Below, one piece after another: positions 8,556 through 18,045 of a DNA stretch of 64,000 nucleotides. The number at the start of each line of letters is the position of its first letter. Position 1 is the first letter of the stretch. A program made the translations under genes and the position numbers. The DNA lies in the NCBI GenBank assembly GCA_963667285.1, contig OY763326.1, positions 4,847,546 through 4,911,545 of the forward strand. The letters run 5' to 3'. A model generated the notes under the pieces. It was not told the origin of the DNA, ran no database searches, and worked only from the letters and a program-made list of their open reading frames with translations. The DNA is from Alphaproteobacteria bacterium (lineage in GTDB: Bacteria; Pseudomonadota; Alphaproteobacteria; MPNO01).

Positions 8556-9863
8556 TCACATCAGGCTGGGCAGCCAGAGCGCGACGCCCGGGAAGGCGAC
8601 CAGGATCAGGATCAGGATCGTGTCGCAGACCAGGAAGGGAAACGCGGCGCCGGCGACCTGGATGATGGTCGTGCCCTTGGGCGCGACCCCCAGCATCACG
8701 TAGAGCAGTAATCCGAATGGCGGGGTGGTCCCCGCCATCTCGATCGTGATCAGGACGAACAGCCCGTACCAGATCAGGTCGAATCCGAGCGCATGCGCCA
8801 GCGGGAAGAAGATCGGCACGGTGATCAGCATCATCGACGTGGCGTCCATGAACATGCCAAGCAGGATCAGGACGCAGAACATCATCAGCAGGATGATCAG
8901 CCGGTGGAGCTCGTAGCTCGTCACCCACTCGATCAGCCCCTTGCTGGCCCCGGAGAAGGCCAGCATCTGGCTGAACACGGTCGAGTTCATCAGGATCAGG
9001 AACACCATCGCGGCAACCCGGACGGTCGCCTCGACGGCGGTCTTCATCGATCCGTAGGAGAGCGTGCGGAACAGGGCGGCCAGGATCATCACGCCGAGCA
9101 CGCCGCAGGCCGCCGCCTCGGTCGGCGTGGCGATGCCCAGGATGATGAAGCCGACCACCATGAAGACGACCAGCCCCATCGGCAGGATGTTGGTCGATAC
9201 CATCCTGACCCGGGTGCCGGGGGTCATATAGGGCACGTCGTAGGCGGGCGCCGAGCCGGGGTTGCGGACGAGCTGGAGCGTGATCATCGCCGCGTAGAGC
9301 GCGGCGAGCAGGAAGCCGGGCAGGAAGCCCGCGACCAGCAGCCGGCCGACGTCGATCTCGGCGATGGCGGCGAGCAGCACGCCGAGCGCGGATGGCGGGA
9401 TGATCATGGCGAGCCCGCCGGTGCCCAGGATCGGCCCCATCGACATCTTCTTGCTGTAGCCGCGCCGGTCCATCTCCGGCACCATCAGCGAGCCCAGCAT
9501 CGCGGTGTTGGCCATCGACGAGCCGGTCAGCGTCGAGAAGATCGACCCGCCGGCCACGGTGAGATAGCAAAGCCGGCCAGGCAGGCGCCCGAAGATCGCA
9601 TCCAGCCCGTCGAACACCCGTATCGCGAGCCCGGTGTGGAAAAACAGCGAGCCCATCATGATGAACATCGGCACCGGGCCGAGAATGAACCGGGTGATCA
9701 GCTGGGTCGAGTTGTCGGCCACCTGGATCAGCCCGGCGGTGCCGGCGAAGATGGTGACGGCGATGAAGTTGGTGGCGATGAACGCGAACGCCACCGGAAC
9801 GCCCAGCGCCATGAAGGAAATCACCATGCCGAGCAGAAGGGCGAAGGCCCAGTACCATTCCAT
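8556..9863 (-). CDS. dctM: TRAP transporter large permease
   Basis: 435-aa polytopic membrane protein with DctM family pattern. 3-nt gap to upstream dctQ. Confidence 0.9.
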   Translation of the reverse strand: MEWYWAFALLLGMVISFMALGVPVAFAFIATNFIAVTIFAGTAGLIQVADNSTQLITRFILGPVPMFIMMGSLFFHTGLAIRVFDGLDAIFGRLPGRLCYLTVAGGSIFSTLTGSSMANTAMLGSLMVPEMDRRGYSKKMSMGPILGTGGLAMIIPPSALGVLLAAIAEIDVGRLLVAGFLPGFLLAALYAAMITLQLVRNPGSAPAYDVPYMTPGTRVRMVSTNILPMGLVVFMVVGFIILGIATPTEAAACGVLGVMILAALFRTLSYGSMKTAVEATVRVAAMVFLILMNSTVFSQMLAFSGASKGLIEWVTSYELHRLIILLMMFCVLILLGMFMDATSMMLITVPIFFPLAHALGFDLIWYGLFVLITIEMAGTTPPFGLLLYVMLGVAPKGTTIIQVAGAAFPFLVCDTILILILVAFPGVALWLPSLM

Positions 9864-9866
9864 GGC

Positions 9867-10394
9867 CTACACCCCTTCCCGCACGTCCAGCCGGCTGCCG
9901 TACATGTCGTCCAGCCCGATCAGGAAGCGGAAGAACTCGACCGCCATCAGGAAGAACCCGAACGGCATCGGCAGATAGAGCGTCCAGAGAGGGAAATAGG
10001 CGCCGCGATCGTCGAGCTCCTGGAAGAGGAACGCTTCGTACCACAGCTGCACGGAGAAATAGACGAAGGCGAGGCACCCGACGATCGCCACGAGATAGGC
10101 GAACCTGGCCACCGCCCGCTTGACCGGCGGAGGCAGAAGCTGGGTGAGGGCATCGACGAAGACATGGCCCTTGATGCGTACGAGCCACGGAGCGGCCAGC
10201 ATGGTGAACCACAGCAGCCCGTACTCGACCAGCCCGTGGGTGCGGTCCCAGGGAAGCACGGGAAGGCCCCACCCGGCGAGGATGGTCAGCCCGACATCGG
10301 CGACGATGACCACGAAGACCGCAAAGATGATCAGCCCCGAACCGGCCTTGAACAGGTTCAACAGCCACAGATGGGCCTTGGCGATGGTGTCCAC
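9867..10394 (-). CDS. dctQ: TRAP transporter small permease
   Basis: 175 aa with four predicted TM helices, directly upstream of dctM. Confidence 0.8.
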   Translation of the reverse strand: MDTIAKAHLWLLNLFKAGSGLIIFAVFVVIVADVGLTILAGWGLPVLPWDRTHGLVEYGLLWFTMLAAPWLVRIKGHVFVDALTQLLPPPVKRAVARFAYLVAIVGCLAFVYFSVQLWYEAFLFQELDDRGAYFPLWTLYLPMPFGFFLMAVEFFRFLIGLDDMYGSRLDVREGV

Positions 10395-10546
10395 GAATCC
10401 CCCTATCTCCCGCCGCCCCCGGAGACCGGTCTTGGCGGTTGCGCTCGGGGAACACTTTAGCGGCCGGAGCGAGGCGGTCCAACCGAGACCCGGGGGCGAC
10501 GCCGAGCGTGCTTGTCAGCATGGCGGAGCCGTGGCAGCTTCGCCCC

Positions 10547-10623
10547 GGGCCCGTAGTTCAGCTGGTTAGAACGCGCCGCTCATAACGGCGTTGTCGCAGG
10601 TTCAAGTCCTGCCGGGCCCACCA
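10547..10623 (+). tRNA. tRNA with CAU anticodon, likely tRNA-Ile2 (lysidine) rather than elongator Met
   Basis: 77-nt cloverleaf. Acceptor stem GGGCCCG/CGGGCCC plus ACCA, D-arm GTTCAGCTGGTTAGAAC, anticodon stem CGCCG/CGGCG with loop CTCATAA (anticodon CAT), T-arm GCAGGTTCAAGTCCTGC. G1:C72 is paired, so it is not an initiator. C4:G69 and C5:G68 match TilS identity elements of tRNA-Ile2. Confidence 0.85.
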
Positions 10624-10702
10624 TCCTCCGGCCCGGTCCATCGACGACAGGCTCCGGCGCTGCGGCGGCCTCGCCCGATTCGCGGACGACCGCCGCATCT
10701 GC

Positions 10703-11797
10703 CTAGTTGACCGGGTAGGCGACCGGGTATTCGTGGCCTGTCTCCTCGTTGTACTTGATGAAGGCGCGCATGATGGCCGGCATGTCGATGGACTTCTTGG
10801 CCTTGACCGCCTGGGCGCGCTCGTTGGGCCAGGCCTTGAGGCGCTCGGCCCAGGCCTTCTTGGCTTCCGGCGTGATCTGCTTGATCTGGACGCCGGCCTC
10901 CCTGAGCTTCTCGATGCCCCAGTCGTGGTCGTTGTGCGAGCTGGCCATCGAGTGGGTCTCGTACTCGCGCGCCACCTCGTCGATGATTCTCAGAACCGCT
11001 TGCGGCAGCTTCTTGCGCGCGTTCAGGTTCATGTTGAGCGAGATCTGCACCACCGCGCCGAAATCGGCCGTCGTGTAGTAGCCGCCGCCGGTCGCCTCGT
11101 GCAGCTTGAGCTTGACGATGGTGTCGGGGAACAGCGTGATGCCCTCGCCGACGCCGGTCTGGAGCTGCTGCGCGGCCTTGGGGATCGTGGTGCGCACCGG
11201 GATGCCGCCCTTTACCCAGGGCATGTTGGGGCCTGCGGCGAGGATCTTGTGGCCCTTGAGGTCCTCGAACCGGTCCCAGTCGAACCGGGTCAGGAGGCCG
11301 TAATTGTTGAAGCCCGACAGCGCGATGAGCGTCTGGTTGTAGCGCCCCTCGTAGTCCTGGTTGATCGCCGGGAAGTCCTCGACGACGCGGCGGAAGATCT
11401 TCACCGCCACGTTGGAGTTGGGATGCGAGAACGGCACGAAGTAGCCGAGATTCATCGCCATCGCCTTGTCGTCGTCGAAACAGACGCAGAAGCCGCCGAT
11501 GTCGAGTCGGCCGTCCTGGATGCCTTCCAGAGTGTCGAACACGTTGACGACGGTTGCCGAATAGTGCTCGCGGAAGCGGATCTTGTACTCGGTCTCCTTC
11601 TCGACCCGCGCCTTGACCCGGGGCGCGAAGTACTTGGACATCTCCTTGACATAGGTGATGAACGGCGGATGGCCGGAGCCCATCCGCAGCGTGATCCGGT
11701 CGCCCTTGATCGAGACCGCGTCGGCGGCCCCGCTCGCCATGACCAGCCCCAGGGCGCCTGCGCAAAGCGCCGTGGTCCGTCGAATCGTCCTGTTCAC
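10703..11797 (-). CDS. dctP: TRAP transporter substrate-binding protein, DctP family
   Basis: DctP-family sequence. Likely GTG start at 11797 with an AGGGAG RBS, giving signal peptide VNRTIRRTTALCAGALGLVMASGAADA. The ORF track extends it to 11836. Confidence 0.85.
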   Translation of the reverse strand: MNRTIRRTTALCAGALGLVMASGAADAVSIKGDRITLRMGSGHPPFITYVKEMSKYFAPRVKARVEKETEYKIRFREHYSATVVNVFDTLEGIQDGRLDIGGFCVCFDDDKAMAMNLGYFVPFSHPNSNVAVKIFRRVVEDFPAINQDYEGRYNQTLIALSGFNNYGLLTRFDWDRFEDLKGHKILAAGPNMPWVKGGIPVRTTIPKAAQQLQTGVGEGITLFPDTIVKLKLHEATGGGYYTTADFGAVVQISLNMNLNARKKLPQAVLRIIDEVAREYETHSMASSHNDHDWGIEKLREAGVQIKQITPEAKKAWAERLKAWPNERAQAVKAKKSIDMPAIMRAFIKYNEETGHEYPVAYPVN

Positions 11798-11900
11798 GAG
11801 AGCATCTCCCTGCCTGTTGGGTTGCCGCACCGACACGCGCCTGCCTGGGCGCGGATTCTACGGCCCGCGGCGGCGCTTGAACAGGCGGACGGGCAACCGC

Positions 11901-13235
11901 TCAGATCATCTGCGACGGCAGCCAGGTCGCGATCCCGGGGAAGATCCAGATCAGCAGCATCACCAGCAGCATCAGGATCCAGTAGGGGACCGATCCCCGA
12001 AAGATCTCGGACAGCCGCACCGTCCGGTCTTCGACGGAGCCCTTCACGGTATAGACCAGCAGCCCGAACGGCGGCGTCAGCAGACCCGCCTCGATCACCA
12101 GGATGCCGAAGATCCCGAACGCGATCGGATCGAAGAACGGCTCGGTCAGCGGCGCGAAGATCGGCACGGTGATCAGGATGATCGAGATCGAATCGAGGAT
12201 CATGCCGAGCAGGAGCCAGATGACGATGATCACGGCGACGATGCCGATGGGCCCGAGGCTGTAGGTCTCGAAGGAATCGCGGATCAGCTCCGACATGCCA
12301 GCCGCTTCCATGAACTTGGCGTACATGTTGGCGGTCAGCAGCAGAAACATGATCGGCGCGGCCGTGCGCCCGGAATCGACCACCGCACGCCCCAGATCGC
12401 CCGGCCGCATGCCCTTGAGAATGCCGAGCACCAAAGCGCCCGCGGCGCCGACGCCGCCGGCTTCGGTCGGCGTGAACAGCCCGCCCCAGATGCCGCCCAG
12501 GACCAGGAGAATCAGCGCGCCGATGCCCAATCCGCTGGCGACCTCGGACCACGACAAGGGTTCCTCGCGTTCGCGGTAGCTCGGCGCCATCTCCGGCCTG
12601 ACGCGCGCCGTCACGCCGATATACACCATGAACAGGCAGGCCAGGATCAGCCCGGGAATCGCGCCGGCGATGAACAGCTGGGCGATCGATTTCTCGGCGA
12701 TGATGCCCCAGACGATCAACAGCACGCTGGGCGGGATGATCATGCCGAGACAAGCCGAACCGGCGACCGAGCCGAGCGCGAAGCTGCGGTTGTAGCCGTG
12801 GCGGAGCATCTGGGGATAGGCGATGCGGCTGAACGCGGCCGCGGCGGCGATCGAGACGCCGGTCACGGCGGCAAATACCGCGTTGCCGGCGACGGTTGCC
12901 ACCGCGAGCCGGCCGGGGATCAGCCGGAGGCTGCGGTTGATCAGGTTGTAGAGATCCCGGGCGGCGCCCGACTTGTTGACGAAGTCGCCGAGCAGCATGA
13001 AGAGTGGGATCGCCGCGAACACTTCCGATCTCAGGTATTCGTAGGCGACGCTCCCCGCGCCCTTGAGCGCGATGTCCATGCCGATCGCCCAGTCGCCGTC
13101 GATCCCGCCGAACAGAATCACGTTGCCGAGGAAGGCGGTCATGCCGAAGGCGAAGCCGATGTGGATGCCGACCAGGATCCCGATCAGCATCACGCCGAAC
13201 ATCAGCAACAGGACGGTTTCCTGCTCAAGCTCCAT
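11901..13235 (-). CDS. dctM: TRAP transporter large permease
   Basis: 444-aa DctM-family membrane protein. Overlaps upstream dctQ by 11 nt. Confidence 0.9.
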   Translation of the reverse strand: MELEQETVLLLMFGVMLIGILVGIHIGFAFGMTAFLGNVILFGGIDGDWAIGMDIALKGAGSVAYEYLRSEVFAAIPLFMLLGDFVNKSGAARDLYNLINRSLRLIPGRLAVATVAGNAVFAAVTGVSIAAAAAFSRIAYPQMLRHGYNRSFALGSVAGSACLGMIIPPSVLLIVWGIIAEKSIAQLFIAGAIPGLILACLFMVYIGVTARVRPEMAPSYREREEPLSWSEVASGLGIGALILLVLGGIWGGLFTPTEAGGVGAAGALVLGILKGMRPGDLGRAVVDSGRTAAPIMFLLLTANMYAKFMEAAGMSELIRDSFETYSLGPIGIVAVIIVIWLLLGMILDSISIILITVPIFAPLTEPFFDPIAFGIFGILVIEAGLLTPPFGLLVYTVKGSVEDRTVRLSEIFRGSVPYWILMLLVMLLIWIFPGIATWLPSQMI

Positions 13236-13746
13236 CGGATGCCCCCCGGCCGACGAAGTCGCGCGGCCGGCCCAGCGCCTTGGCGGTCAGCAATGCGCAC
13301 ACCGCCACGCCCACGACGCTCACCAGCACCACCAGCGTGCGGACCGGATAGACCGGGATCCGGAGGATGCCCGATCCCTCCTGCTCGCCGATCGCCCAGG
13401 CCTCGATCATGTTGGGCCAGCTGCCGACGGCGATGACCAGGAACAGCCCGCCCGCCAGGATGTAGGACGCCGCCTCGATCAGCGCTTTGCCCCGCAGGCT
13501 CGCATGGTCGTAGAGGATCGTGGTCCGCAACGAGCTGCGCGTCAGGATCGCCAGCGGCAGCTGCAGGAGCAGGATCGCCAGCACCGAGTTGGAGACGATC
13601 TCGTTCGTGCCCGGAAACGGCGCGTGGAACGCCTCCCGTCCGATCACGTCATAGAGGATCAGCAGCGCAATCGAGCCCAGCCAGACGGCGGACAGGATGT
13701 TGAGCCCCCTGGCGAACGCGCCGACGACCCGTTCGGTCCATTCCAT
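13225..13746 (-). CDS. dctQ: TRAP transporter small permease
   Basis: 173-aa four-TM protein, first gene of the dctQMP operon on the minus strand. Confidence 0.8.
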   Translation of the reverse strand: MEWTERVVGAFARGLNILSAVWLGSIALLILYDVIGREAFHAPFPGTNEIVSNSVLAILLLQLPLAILTRSSLRTTILYDHASLRGKALIEAASYILAGGLFLVIAVGSWPNMIEAWAIGEQEGSGILRIPVYPVRTLVVLVSVVGVAVCALLTAKALGRPRDFVGRGASDGA

Positions 13747-14146
13747 GCGACGCCGTCCCCGTCCAGCTCAACCCCTGCAGCCGGCCGAGCGGCCGCATCC
13801 CTTGCGGCGCAAACCTTGCACGCGCAATAGCCCCGCGCAACGCCGTGGCCGAGCGCAGCAGGACCGCCGCCGGCTTGCCGCTGTCCGTGCGATAGACGTG
13901 GACCGGCAGGAACAGCGACAGCTGCTGGTGGCCGTGAACCCGGTCGCAGGTGTCGTCGATGTCGAGCGTGATCGCCGCCGGCGGGGCGGGGCGAATGGTC
14001 GATCCCCGGCAATGCGACAGGGGAACAAGCCCCGCCGCCGTGTTGACCGCCGGGCGCCGCAATCCCTATAAGACACGGGATCCTTGCCCGCCGCACCGCT
14101 GCGTTGGGCGCGCGCGCGGATCGCCATCGACATTCGGGGCAAGGCC

Positions 14147-16255
14147 ATGATCCGAGGTCCGGACAGCGGACGGGGCGGCATCCAGGTCGGCGTCGACATC
14201 GGGGGCACGTTTACCGATATCGTCTTGTGCCGCTCCGACGGCCGCCTTCACGTGAAGAAGGTTTCTTCGACGCCGAGCGATCCATCTCAAGCGGTGATCG
14301 CCGGGCTGGGCGAGGTGCTGGCGGAAAACGGTCTCGATCCCGCCGGGGTCGACACCGTCGTGCACGGTACCACTGTCGGCTCGAACTGCATCCTGGAACG
14401 GACCGGCGCCCGCACCGGCCTGCTGACCACAAAGGGATTCCGCGACGTTCTGGAAATCGGACGTATCCGCACGCCGGACATGTTCGACCTGGAGTGGGAC
14501 AAGCCCCGGCCACTGGTTCGGCGCCGCCTGCGGCTGGAGGCGGACGAGCGCATCGCTGCCGACGGCAGCGTCGTCCGGCCGCTCGACGAGGATTCGGTGC
14601 GGTCCGCGGCCGAGGTCTTCAAGGCCGAAGGCGTCGAGTCGGTGGCCGTGTGCTTTCTCAACAGCTATCGCAACCCGGCTCACGAACAGTCGGCAGCGTC
14701 GCTGCTGCGGCGGATCTGCGCGGACATGAACGTCACCGCCTCCTGCGCCGTGCTGCCGGAGATGAAGGAGTACGAGCGCACCAGCACGACGGTGGTCAAC
14801 GCTTTCATCCAACCGGTCATGCGCCGCTACATCCGCCGTCTCGAGGCGGGGCTCCGGGACATGGGCGTCACGGCTCCGTTGCTGGTCGTGGCCTCCAATG
14901 GCGGGATCCTCAGCGCCGGGGCCATGGCCGAACGGCCGGTATTCGCGGTTGGCTCGGGGCCGGCTGCCGGTGTTGCGGGAGCGGCGCGCCTGGGCAAGGC
15001 GCTGGGCGAGGAGGATCTGATCGTCTTCGACATGGGGGGCACGACGGCAAAGGCATCGCTGGTCGAAGCCGGGCACCTCACCCTTACCTCCGAGTACGAG
15101 TTCCGCGATGGCATCACCACGCCGAGCCGCTTCATCAAGGCCGGCGGCTACATGCTGAAAGTGCCGGCCATCGACATCGCCGAGGTCGGGGCGGGGGCCG
15201 GATCGATCGCCTGGCTCGACGCCGGAGGTCTGATCAACGTGGGACCCCGCTCCGCGGGGGCGGAGCCCGGCCCCGCCTGCTACGGGCTCGGGGGGGACAA
15301 GCCGACGGTCACTGACGCCAATGTGGCGCTCGGATACCTCAACCCGGAGTCGCTCGCCGGCGGCAGGCTGAAGATCGACGCTTCGCTGGCCGAGGCCGCC
15401 ATCTCCGGCACGCTGGGCGCCCTCGGCCTGGGCCTGACGCAGGCCGCATACGGAATCCGCCGGGTGGCCAACGCCAACATGGCGCGCGCCATCCGGGCGG
15501 TCAGCATCGAACGGGGCCGGGATCCCAGGCGGTTCACCATGATCGCGTTCGGCGGCAGCGGGCCTGTGCATGCCGTCGACCTGGCCCGCGCGCTGGAGGT
15601 CCGGCGGGTCCTGATCCCGATCCTGCCCGGCGTCTTCACCGCCGCGGGAATGCTGGCCAGCGACGTCGAGCATCACTTCGTGCAAAGCTTCTCCGGACGG
15701 ATGGACGAGCTGGACGTCACCGGTGCCAACGAGGTTCTCGCCAGCCTGGCCCGATCCGGCGTCAAGGCCCTGGAATCCGATGGCTACGGGCCGGAAGAAC
15801 GGGACATCTCCTATTTGGCCGACCTCCGATTTCTCGGTCAGGGTTCGGAGCTGACGACGCCGGTCGAAGCGGCGCAGATCGACGGGTCGGGGCTGTCCGT
15901 GTTGCGGCAGGCGTTTCTGGACGAGTATGCTCGCACCTACGGGCATCAGGCCGAGGATCCCATCGAGATGGTTAACCTGCGGGTTGTCGCGACGGGCCGG
16001 CGCCCCAACCGGCTGCGATTCGAGGCGGTGACCGGCGCGACCGGGGCGCAGGACATGGAACGGTCCCGGAGGCCGGTATTCGACGGCGAGGCACAGGCGT
16101 TCCGTGACACCGAAGTGCTGCCCCGTTCGGCCTTGCTGGAGAGCAGCCTGGACGGTCCCGTCATCATCGAGTCCTACGATTCGACTGTTGTCGTGCCGGC
16201 CGGCTGCCGGGTCGAGGGCGACGCCGCCGGCAACATGCTGATCGAGGTCGGGTAA
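14147..16255 (+). CDS. hyuA: hydantoinase/oxoprolinase family protein, A subunit (HyuA-like, ATP-dependent)
   Basis: IQVGVDIGGTFTDIVL N-terminal ATPase motif and hydantoinase_A domain pattern. The ORF track extends it to 14084. Confidence 0.85.
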   Translation: MIRGPDSGRGGIQVGVDIGGTFTDIVLCRSDGRLHVKKVSSTPSDPSQAVIAGLGEVLAENGLDPAGVDTVVHGTTVGSNCILERTGARTGLLTTKGFRDVLEIGRIRTPDMFDLEWDKPRPLVRRRLRLEADERIAADGSVVRPLDEDSVRSAAEVFKAEGVESVAVCFLNSYRNPAHEQSAASLLRRICADMNVTASCAVLPEMKEYERTSTTVVNAFIQPVMRRYIRRLEAGLRDMGVTAPLLVVASNGGILSAGAMAERPVFAVGSGPAAGVAGAARLGKALGEEDLIVFDMGGTTAKASLVEAGHLTLTSEYEFRDGITTPSRFIKAGGYMLKVPAIDIAEVGAGAGSIAWLDAGGLINVGPRSAGAEPGPACYGLGGDKPTVTDANVALGYLNPESLAGGRLKIDASLAEAAISGTLGALGLGLTQAAYGIRRVANANMARAIRAVSIERGRDPRRFTMIAFGGSGPVHAVDLARALEVRRVLIPILPGVFTAAGMLASDVEHHFVQSFSGRMDELDVTGANEVLASLARSGVKALESDGYGPEERDISYLADLRFLGQGSELTTPVEAAQIDGSGLSVLRQAFLDEYARTYGHQAEDPIEMVNLRVVATGRRPNRLRFEAVTGATGAQDMERSRRPVFDGEAQAFRDTEVLPRSALLESSLDGPVIIESYDSTVVVPAGCRVEGDAAGNMLIEVG

Positions 16256-16260
16256 GGCGA

Positions 16261-18024
16261 ATGGCGCAGGCCGCCGCCATTCAGGACGCCGTTCGCGGGG
16301 ACATCGACCCGATCACCTTCGCGGTGATCAAGAGCGCCCTGGATTCGATTGTCGACGAGATGGCCTACACGGTGGTTCGCACCGCGCGGTCGGAGATCGT
16401 CAAGGACGTGATGGATTTCTCCGCCGCCCTGTGCGCCGCCGACGGACAGATGGTGGCGCAGGCCAAGACCATCGCGCTGCATCTCGGCGCCGTCCCGGTC
16501 GCCATGGACCACGTGCTCGCGAAGTTCGGCGACGATCTCAACCCCGGCGACATGGTGATCATGAACGACCCCTATGTCGGCGGCATGCACCTGCCCGACA
16601 TCTTCATGTTCATGCCCATCTTCCACGGCGGCAGGCGCCAGGCGATCGCCGTGGTGATCGCCCACCACACCGACGTGGGGGGCCGCGTTCCCGGGTCCAA
16701 CGCCAGCGACTCGACCGAGATCTTCCAGGAAGGCCTGCGCCTGCCGCCCGTGAAGCTCTACGAGGCCGGCATCCCCAACCGGACCCTGTTCGACATCATC
16801 GCCCAGAACGTACGGGTGCCCGACCGGGTGATCGGCGATCTCGGCGCCCAGAGCGCCGCCTGCACGGTGGGTGAGCGGGAATTCCTCAAGCTGGTCGCCC
16901 GCTACGGCGCCGGTCCCGTCCAGGGGTACATGCAGGGGCTGATCGACTATGCCGAGCGCATGACCCGCGAAGAAATCCGCGCCTGGCCGGACGGCACCTA
17001 CGTCTTCACCGACCACATCGACGATGACGGCTTCAGCGACGATCCCATCCCGATCAAGGCGACCGTGACGGTCGACGGCGACCACGTCACCGTGGACTAT
17101 GACGGCAGCGCGCCGCAGGTCCGCGGCGCCATCAACTCGACCCTGTCCTACACCGCCTCCTGCACCTATCTGAGCGTCCGCTGCCTGCTGCGGGGAGACA
17201 TCCCCAACAACGCGGGCGTGTTCCGCTGCGTCACCGTCAGGGCGCCGGAACGGTCGGTCCTCAACCCCGCCCATCCGGGCGCCTGCGCCGCCCGGGCGCT
17301 GACCGGCTACCGGATCGTGGACACGATGTTCGGGGCGCTCGCCCGAGCCGTGCCCGACCGGGTGCCGGCCGGGGGCGAGGGCGGCAACACGGTGGTGTGC
17401 CTCGGCGGATACCGCGAGGACCGCTCGCCCTTCATCATCGTCGACATGCTGTGCGGCGCTTGGGGCGGCCGCCCGGGCAAGGACGGGATCGAGGCGGTCA
17501 CCAACCCGTCGCAGAACCTGTCGAACACGCCCGTCGAGGTGCTCGAGGCCCAGCATCCCGTGCGCATCGAGTCCTACGGCTTCGTCGCCGACAGCTGCGG
17601 CGCCGGCAAGCATCGCGGCGGCCTCGGCATCGCGCGGGAGTACCGCCTGCTCGCCGACGAGGCGACGCTGCAGCTGCGCTCGGACCGCATGAAGTTCCGC
17701 CCCTACGGCCTCGCCGGCGGCCTTCCGGCCCAAGCGACCCGCAACATTCTCAACCCGGGGGACGGCGAGAGGGAGATGCCCAGCAAGTTCGCCCGAACCC
17801 TGACGAAGGGAGAAGTCATCTATCACCGCCAGGCCGGCGGCGGCGGTTTCGGCAACCCCTTCGAGCGCGACCCCCCGCAGGTGCGGGAGGACGTGCTCGA
17901 CGGTAAGATCACGGTCGATTTCGCCCGGCGCGCGCATGGCGTCGCCATCGACCCGAAGACCCTGGCGGTCGACGCGGAGGCGACGCGGTGCCTGCGGGAC
18001 GCCGCCAACCGATCGTGCAAATAG
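16261..18024 (+). CDS. hyuB: hydantoinase B/oxoprolinase family protein (HyuB-like)
   Basis: Hydantoinase_B pattern (DPITFAVIKSALDSIVDEMAYTVVRTARSEIVKDVMDFSAAL...). 5-nt gap after hyuA. Confidence 0.85.
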   Translation: MAQAAAIQDAVRGDIDPITFAVIKSALDSIVDEMAYTVVRTARSEIVKDVMDFSAALCAADGQMVAQAKTIALHLGAVPVAMDHVLAKFGDDLNPGDMVIMNDPYVGGMHLPDIFMFMPIFHGGRRQAIAVVIAHHTDVGGRVPGSNASDSTEIFQEGLRLPPVKLYEAGIPNRTLFDIIAQNVRVPDRVIGDLGAQSAACTVGEREFLKLVARYGAGPVQGYMQGLIDYAERMTREEIRAWPDGTYVFTDHIDDDGFSDDPIPIKATVTVDGDHVTVDYDGSAPQVRGAINSTLSYTASCTYLSVRCLLRGDIPNNAGVFRCVTVRAPERSVLNPAHPGACAARALTGYRIVDTMFGALARAVPDRVPAGGEGGNTVVCLGGYREDRSPFIIVDMLCGAWGGRPGKDGIEAVTNPSQNLSNTPVEVLEAQHPVRIESYGFVADSCGAGKHRGGLGIAREYRLLADEATLQLRSDRMKFRPYGLAGGLPAQATRNILNPGDGEREMPSKFARTLTKGEVIYHRQAGGGGFGNPFERDPPQVREDVLDGKITVDFARRAHGVAIDPKTLAVDAEATRCLRDAANRSCK

Positions 18025-18045
18025 CAGACAAGGGAGGAAGCAAGA

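Noticed and set aside
10547-10623. Calling the tRNA an initiator tRNA-fMet or plain elongator tRNA-Met
   Set aside because: G1:C72 is Watson-Crick paired and the anticodon stem lacks the three consecutive G:C pairs of initiators. Acceptor-stem C4:G69 and C5:G68 favour tRNA-Ile2. Isotype remains to be confirmed.
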